DNA of 64,000 bases from Podarcis erhardii. Taxonomy: Eukaryota. The stretch lies in assembly GCA_964252035.1 (NCBI GenBank), contig OZ176200.1; one strand, written 5' to 3'. Of this stretch, positions 55,614-64,000 are shown piece after piece. The stretch's first letter is position 1, and each line of letters opens with the position of its first letter. The notes beneath the pieces are model-generated. The model made no database searches. It was given only the letters and a program-made list of their open reading frames with translations, and was not told the DNA's origin. A program made the translations under genes and the position numbers.

Positions 55614-55873
55614 CAGTGATACCTCAGTTGTCAAACGTAATCCATTCTGGAAGACCCTTTCACTTCCCAATCGTTCGAAAACTGAAGCTCAAAGGGCGGC
55701 CTGCAAATTCAATAGAGGAAATTGAAAAGAAAGGGGGAAAAAAAAAAAAACCCAGAGGAAGCTGTTCGACTTCCAAGGTGCGTTTGAAAATGGAAGCATT
55801 TACTTCCAGGTTTTCGGCGTTCGAAAACCAAAATGTTTGAATTCCAAGACGTTCGAAAACTGAGGTACCACTG
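55614..55873 (+). mobile_element. Tigger-type MITE (family T3)
   Basis: TA-CAGTGATACCTCAGTT...AACTGAGGTACCACTG-TA. Confidence 0.83.
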
Positions 55874-56664
55874 TACAAATATTTGAATGTGCCCTTTCAT
55901 AGCACACACAAATGAGATAAATATAAGGTTATGGGCTCATGCTATATCAGTGGTATATCAGTGTAGAATAGAGGCATGATAGAAAAACTTGCTCAACTAC
56001 AAGGACTGGGACTGAAAGGAGGGCTCATCATGTTGACTCATTTCAACACTGCAAGACAGTTTGGCCTTTTTTGATGCAGAGCCTGTAATGAAAAACAGGA
56101 TGTCCAGTGGAAGGGGTTCTGTGCAAAACAAAGCTAGTCAGCCAATGTATTGCGAAACGATATGATAATCTGAAGCTCAAAAGATACAGGGTGTTGAAGG
56201 GGAAAGAGAAGAGAGATTTGGAGTGTTTAGCAGTTTTAGCTACATTCCAGGGCAAATTTGCTTTAAAGGCATCAGTACAGCTGTGAGCGAGCTCTAGAAT
56301 TGTGTGCTCTCAACTCTTATAGAGAACTCTTGCAATGTGCAGCTCTGAAAGTCATTCATTGCACAGCAGTCAATTTTTCCCCAACAGTGGAGACACTTGC
56401 AGATACAAGGTGTACAGGTGAACCCATGCGTATCTCTCCGCACTTTTGAAGACGTTTGGGACCTTTGGGTGGAGTTCGTATGTTTCCGTTTATGAATATG
56501 TGCTTCTCCCTTTAACCTTACACCCAATAATGAAGTTCACAAAACAGAGGAATAAAGATTGGTTTCTTACATGAAATAAAATGGAGAGAGCATATGGATG
56601 CTGCTTAAGGCAGCCTGTTTACATACAGAAATTAAATAAATAAATAAATAAATAAATAATCAAT

Positions 56665-56800
56665 CAGTGATTTTTTCCTAAAAAAATGTTTAGGGGTACT
56701 CTCATTTTCCTACTCATATTGAAATACCGCCCCTCAGTGAGACCAAACTTAGATTCACAAAATGTTTAGGGATATGCGTCCCCCCAGTAAAAAGCACTAA
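56665..56800. mobile_element. hAT-like MITE (family E) inside an AT-rich microsatellite
   Basis: CAGTGATTTTTT...AAAAAGCACTA termini; flanks TAATCAAT / TAATAAAT; (TAAA)n to the left and (AAT)n to the right. Confidence 0.65.
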
Positions 56801-56806
56801 TAATAA

Positions 56807-56850
<44 letters not shown>

Positions 56851-58215
56851 GGCAGCAAATCATGTAGTACCTACCTTGATCATAAAGGTGAAATGATCCC
56901 CCAGGATCCTTATCTATCTAAAAGCCTAGAGTGGATATGATTTGCTGTAGTATCCACTCGGGAAAAAAAAGGGGGGGGGGACACATGTATTTGTCTTGAA
57001 GCAATCAGAACCAAAGATCTGTGCCTTGTGTGCCAAGCTCCCTCTGTTAATATTCTATAGCAGCACAGCTACAGTGTCTCTCACCTGTTTCTTGATCTGT
57101 GGTCCAACAAAGCTGCAGAGTTTATCGTTGAGATTGTGGTGTGAAAAGTAGGTCCCTAATGTTGTAAACTTCCCAGAATCCCAACCAACTTAAATATGGG
57201 GTTTAAGTATAATTTTGGACCAACATAACTCTCTGGAGAGAGGCAGGATCTTCCTGACTTTCCTGACTGTTATACCTCATTTATTCATTGTACTATTGTT
57301 TATTCCTGCAAGTTACTGTCTGTTTACCAAGTTTGAAGTTGGAAGGACATGACCCTAGTGAGACATGACTGTTGATTGTATGTTTCCTGAATCATTACTT
57401 TACCTTTGGAGAAAGATGGCACTGCCTATGCTGAACCCAATTATTTCTTACAGGAAATGGCAATTAACGTTTTCTGGTAACACAGGATTGTGTGTGCTGA
57501 CCATTACCATTAAGTATTAGGTCAGGATATTTACTTACATTTTCTAGGTCACATTTAAGTTAAGAAATAGTAATAGGGTCAGAATGGGGGCCTCTTTTCA
57601 TATGAAGTTATGCCAACTGCAGTGATACTGTGATCAACAGAAATAAACCGTAGAAAAAGTTCAGATTGGCATCCTTTGTTACAATGCATCCATAAAAACA
57701 AGAGTCTGCCCAGTTATCAGATTTTCTTCTAGGCTGAGCAGGCAAAGTGGCAGCTTAATCAACCTCCAAGAGTTGTAGCAGGAGCTCTTCAAATCCACAA
57801 ATAAGGCCATTTTCAAAACATATCTAGCAATGGTCTAAATAGTGCAAGGGTTTGTTTTTGAATGTCTGGCAAGAGGCTGCTGTTGTGTCATGGTATAGAC
57901 CCCTACACACACTCAAGAGATAAGTTTTTATCTGTTTAGGAACAAATCCTTGAGCACATCTAACTAGTGACTCCCCTCTCAAGGCAACACTCAGCCTCAG
58001 AAAAGTAGGTGATAAGGAAAAGATACTCTCCCCTTTCCTCCTAGCAGTCTTATTTTGCTGAAAAAAGCCCACCTACCCACAACTACTATTTTCCATCTCA
58101 TCTCCCAAAGGAAAAAGATATGGGCACTATATATTTTCTTCCATAGGAGAAATCTTAAACACCTGAGATGGAGAACAGCATTTTTTAGGAAGGAAAAAAA
58201 GACCCAACCCCTGTA

Positions 58216-58468
58216 CAGTCGTACCTTGGTTCTTGAACGCCTCATGACTCGAATGTTTTGGCTCCTGAACGCCGCAAACCCAGAAGTGAGTGAAGTTTTG
58301 TGAACTTGTTTTGGAAGTCTAATGTCCGACGCGGCTTCTGCGGCTTCCAATTGAGTGCAGGAAGCTCCTGCAGCCAATTGGAAGCCCGCGCCTTGGTTTT
58401 CGAACGTTTTCAGAAGTCGAACAGACTTCTGGAAGCATTCCGTTTGAGAACCAAGGTATGACTGACTG
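58216..58468 (+). mobile_element. Tigger-type MITE (family T2)
   Basis: Homolog of 36952-37201; TA flanks; terminal ACTG duplicated. Confidence 0.85.
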
Positions 58469-58626
58469 TACTTGTCTTCTGAAGCACATAACACACACAT
58501 GCATGAGGAAAACAACACATAGCCAAACATCATTTGTGTATGTAGCTTAGCCTTCTCACAGGATATATTTTTTATATCTTTTAACTGGAAAGGCTTGGTC
58601 CAAGTGGCACACTTCTGCTCATTTTA

Positions 58627-58886
58627 CCATATTTTTCACTCTATAAGGCGCACCAGACCACAAGACGCACCTAGTTTTTGGAGGAGGAAAACAAGAAAAA
58701 AAAATATTCTGAATCTCAGAAGCCAGAACAACAAGAGGGATCGCTGCGCAGTGAAAGCAGCAATCCCTCTTGCTGTTCTGGCTTCTGGGATAGCTGCACA
58801 GCCTGCATTCGCTTCATAAGACGCACACACATTTCCCCTTACTTTTTAGGAGGGAAAAAGTGAGTCTTATAGAACAAAAAATATGG
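58627..58886 (-). mobile_element. Second copy of the same Tc2-like MITE
   Basis: Reverse homolog of 42313-42573; TA flanks. Confidence 0.88.
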
Positions 58887-59374
58887 TACCTGTGGAGCTC
58901 TCAGGCCCTGGGAACTTCTTTTGGTCCCAGCAACTACTCAAGGAGAGTCAGCATTCAGTGTTAACAGGCATCATGGAATTCCAAGTCTACTCTGATATGA
59001 TCCAGCTTAGGCTTTCTTACCTGCTCCTGTACGAAGCCTGCCAGACTTAATTCTTTCCTCTTGATTCCACTAAGCTTCAGGTTCTTTTGGCTACCTCCAA
59101 ACAGATAAAACAAATCTGAGCTGAACTAGCAAGGTTTTTGAGCAGCACACACTAGCTTTAGGAGTGAAAAGATTCTACTTAATCCTTCCAATTGAATATT
59201 GTAACAGATACTGCTTGAATAACCTTTACAAAACAGTATTTGCAGTTAAGAACTTTAGTTGCCAAGAGTAGGCAAGTGCATTTGAATCGCCTACATTAAG
59301 AGGTATTTGGCTCCATCTGGTGACCAGGATAGGCTTTACATCTCATCTTTGAGTTATGTCCCAATTTGCTTCTA

Positions 59375-59817
59375 CAGTGGTACCTTGGTTCTCAAAATGA
59401 ATCCGTTCTGGAAGTCCGTTCCAAACCTAAGCATTCCAAAACCAAGGTGCGCTTTCCCATGGATAGTAATGCAAAATGGATTAATCCACTCCAGCCTTTT
59501 AAAAACAACCCCTAAAACAGCAATTTAACATGAATTTTACTATCTAATGAGACCACTGATCTATAAAATGAAAGCAATAAACAATGTACTGTAGCTGAAT
59601 TGGGTTCCACACAGTCACAGAAACAAAACAAAAAGAGCCACAAAAATGCAAAATAAATAGCAAAAACAGACAAGACCTCAGTGTAACACACAAAACGGAA
59701 GTGTGGCACTCAAAACAGAGCATGTTCGTCTTCCGAAAAAAGTTCACAAACCGGAACACTTAGTTCCGGATTTGCAGTGTTTGGGTTCCAAGTTCCTTGA
59801 GAACCAAGGTGCCACTG
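59375..59817 (+). mobile_element. Tigger-type MITE (family T4), 443 bp
   Basis: TA-CAGTGGTACCTTGGTTCTCAA...TTGAGAACCAAGGTGCCACTG-TA. Confidence 0.85.
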
Positions 59818-59909
59818 TATAGGTATTTGCAGTGGGGAACACGTCATCGTCCTAGACTAGAACCATCACCTAGACTGTTGCCCACAGTAGGATTTCGGAA
59901 TCTTCCCAA

Positions 59910-60259
59910 TTGTGCCGGATTTACGTATAAGCTAAAGAAGCTATAGCTTAGGGCCCCACTCTCTTGGGGGCCCCTATAAAATTTAAAGGAAAAGAACGCT
60001 GGATGTACATTTCCAAAATATAAGATAAAAAACAAATAAAATAAAACCTACATACAGCAACCGTGTTTTGTGTTGTGTAGGCTCCTATTTGTTATTTGCA
60101 AATGGCTTTAGATACCTATTGGGTCCATAAATTACCATATAGCATATATTCAACACAAAAAACAGTGACAATTTGTTGTTGACAAAGGGCAGCTGGACAT
60201 ATAAAGGGCCCCATTACCTTCGGTAGCTTAGGGCCTCATCAAACCTAAATCCGGCCCTG
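59910..60259 (+). mobile_element. hAT MITE (family C), longer variant
   Basis: Colinear with 13999-14308 plus an extra internal segment; ends AAATCCGGCCCTG. Confidence 0.82.
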
Positions 60260-60791
60260 TCCAATACAATACAGGCTGCCATGTCTCAGGGCCATGGCTC
60301 TGCTCTGTCAAAAAACACATTTACACCATTTCACTGCTTGTCCTGGGGTCCCTTGTGCTGGTACTTCGTTTGAATGAAACCTGCAGAAGATACTAAGCTT
60401 TTAAGGTGACACACAGTCCAAGACCGCCTGTGAATAGGCAGTTTTCGAAGGCTATGCCTGCATCCAAGGGATTAAGCTGGCTTCCCCCATCCTGTACTGA
60501 AGGGTCATCTTTGCTATTTGAAGCTAGATCATAGGGCAACATCCAATGTCAAGTGCTGCTCAGAGCAGACTCCCTGAAGCCAATGCAATCTAACAACATC
60601 AGCCCATTTATTTCAGTGGGTCTAACTCCAGGTATGAAGCAGCTTGATATCACTCCTATTATTTTCCAAACAACTTGAGGGGAATATGCCTAATGCATTT
60701 CATAATCAGAAGCACTGCACAAGGGCTCTCACAATATGGGTTTTCCTGATGCTCCTCTTGAAACCAGCTATGGGGGGCTTGGAGAGAGTAT

Positions 60792-60921
60792 AGGTATAGC
60801 CCAGCTAGTTAGAGAGAGGTGCTAACAACATCACAGTTGCAGGTTTGACAGCTTCATATTTCTGCATTGCAGGGAATTGGACTACATGGTCATCAGTGTC
60901 CCTTACAATTCCGTGATTCTA
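60792..60921 (+). mobile_element. Degraded tRNA-Ile-type CR1-tailed SINE
   Basis: TAGCCCAGCTAGTTAGAG...GGTGCTAACAAC...TTCTGCATTGCAGGG...GTCCCTTACAATTC. Confidence 0.6.
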
Positions 60922-61026
60922 CAAAACTGAAATGCTCGTGCAGGTGACACGTTTCAAATCATGCGTTGTTGAATTCCCCTCCAGTGCTTTACACAACATT
61001 ATTTGTACAGCTGCTATTGAAGGTGT

Positions 61027-61408
61027 AGGGATGTGTGTGGCGCTGTGGTCTAAACCACTGAGCCTCTTGGGCTTGCTGATCAGAAGGCTGGCGGTTCGAA
61101 TCCCTGGGACGGGGTGAGCTACTGTTGCTCGGTCCCAGCTCCTGCCAACCTAGCAGTTCGAAAGCATGCCAAAAAGTCAAGTAGATAAATAAGTACTGCT
61201 CCGGCGGGAAGGTAAATGGAGTTTCCATGCGCTGCTCTGGTTTCGGGTGTTCCGCTGCGCCAGAAGCAGCTTAGTCATGCTGGCCACATGACCCGGAAAA
61301 GCTGTCTGCGGACAAATGTCAGCTCCCTCAGCTTGTAAAGGGAGATGAGAGCTGCAACCCGAGAGTCGTCTGCGACTAGACTTAACTGTCAGGGGTCCTT
61401 TACCTTTT
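61027..61408 (+). mobile_element. Sauria SINE, full length
   Basis: Perfect 12-bp TSD TATTGAAGGTGT (61015-61026, 61409-61420). Confidence 0.93.
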
Positions 61409-61921
61409 TATTGAAGGTGTGCCCCACACTGGCTGCATTGTTCAACTACAGTAAGTGCGGCATCATTCTGCTTGGCACCTACAAGTTTTATAAGCTGCAT
61501 ACAGACAATATTTGCAATGCACTTCCAATCTTACATCAAGAACAAGGCTCCTTAGCCTTTGTGGTTTGAACTTGCCACTTTTCTGACCAGTGGAGTGTCC
61601 CACTGTTTGTTCACGCATGAGATGGGCAAGAGACTTGGAATTGTGAAGCAATGTCTGCCCCAACACTGGAAGCACTTGAGCAGCTCTTAATGACTGGCCA
61701 AGGGACAAAGAGAGGAAGTACCATGGGACTCCAGCTAAAAGCAGTCTGTGGCTGGCTTCAGATATTTCAACGGTATCCTACCATCCTTGCTGGAGAGCCA
61801 GACAGAGGCCAGCCTCTATACTAGTGGTCTTCTATGTAACTTGAGCAGGTACCATGCACAGTAATGGACTCCTCCTGATACACGAGATCCATGAGACTAC
61901 CAACAAGTGACTTTGATAGTG

Positions 61922-61927
61922 TTTATT
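61922..61927 (-). terminator. DBI: DBI polyadenylation signal AATAAA
   Basis: tttatt on the + strand, about 140 nt downstream of the stop. Confidence 0.65.
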
Positions 61928-62067
61928 ATACAAACCATTAGAAGTAAATTTACACAGCTATTAATTATAGAAAGTGGCATCAAGTCTTGGCACTGCCATA
62001 CTGTGTAACACAGTTTAAGTTAGTAGAGTAAGGCATGATTCCATTTTAAGGCATGCAGGAAAGGGGT

Positions 62068-62144
62068 TTATTGCATTCCATATTTTTCCTTCAGCTCTTC
62101 CACTTTTTTAATATATGCTTTCATTGCATCTTCTTTGGACATTC
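62068..62144 (-). CDS. DBI: DBI last exon coding part
   Basis: tttcag|GA ATG TCC AAA GAA GAT GCA ... ATG CAA TAA. Confidence 0.97.
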
Positions 62145-62892
62145 CTGAAAGAAAAAGCAGAGGTAAAACATGAAGTAGTGTTCAATCCATGCTAGATCTA
62201 TGGTAATCAGCCTCCCTCCCTCACCCATGCCACCTAAGAATGGACTCCTCTGTGCCCATTTGTTATGTAACCGTATGGTAGGTTAACCTTTACTTCAGCG
62301 GCCTGTGAACACGAACAGTCAATTCAGTCTAAAAGATGGCCCATCTGTATGTTGTAACTGGATTAAGTGGTAGAGATCATGATCCCTTAAAATGGACAAG
62401 ATGGGGAAAGGAAAGCAACAAACAACCTGGACTCCCATGTACATCTTACAAGTTATGCATTTTGGCCGAAGGAATCTCCTAGCTTCTCAGGTGCAGAGCT
62501 GCGAATCTATGAATGAAGACTCTTGGCAATTCTGAAGGTGCTAGAACAGCCTGCTAGGAGGAGTTTCAACACAGATTCACCCCCACCTCCCTCACTGCAT
62601 CCATTGACACCAGCACATCTGTGCACATGTGGAAACATGAAACGGCTGCAGTATAGCCAGCTTTTGCGACACTGAAACTAAGGGCTTAAAGGAAGGCCAT
62701 AAAGCTGAAGGAATGAACTGCTAGAGTTAAGGCAAGTAATGTTGATCTATGGGTGAGATTAAGTTCAGTCAGCCATCCCAATGATTTGATAGCAATTGAG
62801 TTGTATTTGCTGTTACACTTAAGGCTTACCTTTCAAGGAATTCCAGGCGTCCCACTTGGCCTTCCCTTTGAAATCAAGCATCCCAGGACGGT
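62068..62892 (-). CDS. DBI: DBI / acyl-CoA-binding protein, last two coding exons; join(62892-62830,62144-62068); 5' exons lie beyond the window
   Basis: (D)[20 protein letters not shown]-(G)[24 protein letters not shown]; ACBP signature KAKWDAW; GT-AG boundaries. Confidence 0.97.
62830..62892 (-). CDS. DBI: DBI penultimate exon (63 nt)
   Basis: tttcag|AC CGT CCT GGG ATG ... AAA G|gtaagc. Confidence 0.97.
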
Positions 62893-64000
62893 CTGAAACA
62901 GTGACATTTTAACATAGTAATGAAACAGCCTTGCTTTTCCCCCACAGTACAAGAGATCACTTTGGGTATACAAACAAAGTCAAACTGCATGAACTTGCAG
63001 GTGCAACTTCTTAAAAATAAAGATGATCACGATCCTGACCAGTCAGTGTCTTATTTATCTTAAGCTTCCCATTTAGATTTAAGAGGCAACAGCATGGTTG
63101 GGGTATAGATTTTGGCATCCCTTTGTTACTTATTATTTTTGTTTGTTTTTTGCAGCCTAGAAACAGAAGTTTAGTCCTGCTTGTTAAAAAGCTTTAAGCC
63201 TGCCAAATATTTACTTCCTGCATATTTTTGTCCATTGTATAGTAAGTTGTTTGTTAACTCTGAGTTTCCATTAGGATAGATCACATTTTGCTGTGTGCTG
63301 ATTCTAGCTGTTTTTCTAAAGTTGATATCCAATCTAGAGGTACTCCCTTGAAGAGTTGCTAATGATAGCAAAGTTGCCGCCTCTCAACTTTTGAAGGACA
63401 GCTTTAATCCAAGGACTATTCAGTCAACATGGCATGTTTGTTCCTGGATGAAGGGTATTTACTAATCATTGTTCAAAATGATTTCGCATACATGGTTTAA
63501 TGTGCAACCTAAAAGCCAACCCATATTCTCGGATCCAGGATAACCAAGTGCTGGAGAGACGGCAAAATAAGCACCGTATTGCCTACAATGGAGCCCCCTG
63601 AACCAAGATGAGCAAGTTTCCTTTGAATCATCTAACTCAACTCACTAACACATCAACAGAAGTGCCTGCATATTTGTTCTTCCATAAGGCAGGAAGCCTG
63701 TGTTGCCAGGTTAGGCAGCCTAGATGTTAAGATAAATATGCCCATACTGGCTGCACCTATCAGAAACTGACTCATCAATTCACAACTAATTTTAATGGTA
63801 GACAACTTGCTCAATCTCATGCAGGGTGCAATGCCCTGTGGTTTGACATTAGGGAATCACCCTACATTTTCATGCAAACTGCATGCCATATGTGTTGCAA
63901 TATTCCATTTGGAAATGAAAAAGATCCGAAAAGATAGATTTCTCTCTCTCTCTATATATATATATCCAAGGACACTTAAGACAACCATTCACTGGGACAG

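Noticed and set aside
1-64000. CRISPR arrays, operons or prokaryotic systems
   Set aside because: The DNA is clearly vertebrate (spliced genes, SINEs/LINEs, microsatellites). Short repeats are MITE subrepeats, not repeat-spacer arrays.
63000-64000. DBI exon 2 (HYKQATVGD region)
   Set aside because: No matching sequence found on the minus strand; it presumably lies beyond the window end.

Overview
This is squamate reptile genomic DNA, probably a lacertid lizard (inferred from its SINE families). It carries the conserved block CFAP221(-) / SCTR(+) / TMEM37(-) / DBI(-), the same gene order and relative orientation as human 2q14.2. By hand I reconstructed the first six coding exons of CFAP221, all 13 coding exons of the secretin receptor (1374 nt, 457 aa, frame intact, all introns GT-AG), both TMEM37 exons (197 aa) and the last two DBI exons. 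The intervening DNA is dense with Sauria/Squam-type SINEs, CR1/L2/L1/BovB fragments, hAT and Tc1-mariner/Tigger MITEs (many with intact TSDs) and one solo LTR. The main finding is that SCTR keeps its G-protein activation motifs but has radical changes across the peptide-binding pocket (Y1.47T, Q3.37N, W5.36R, R5.40Q, L7.39A, L7.43K), suggesting a ligand switch or repurposed receptor rather than simple decay. Also notable are a solo LTR whose U3 is one open frame ending in an HMGN-like RRSARL motif, and a CR1-tailed SINE with two different tRNA heads (Lys and Ile). Homologies rest on my recall of reference sequences and on hand alignment; no database search was run.
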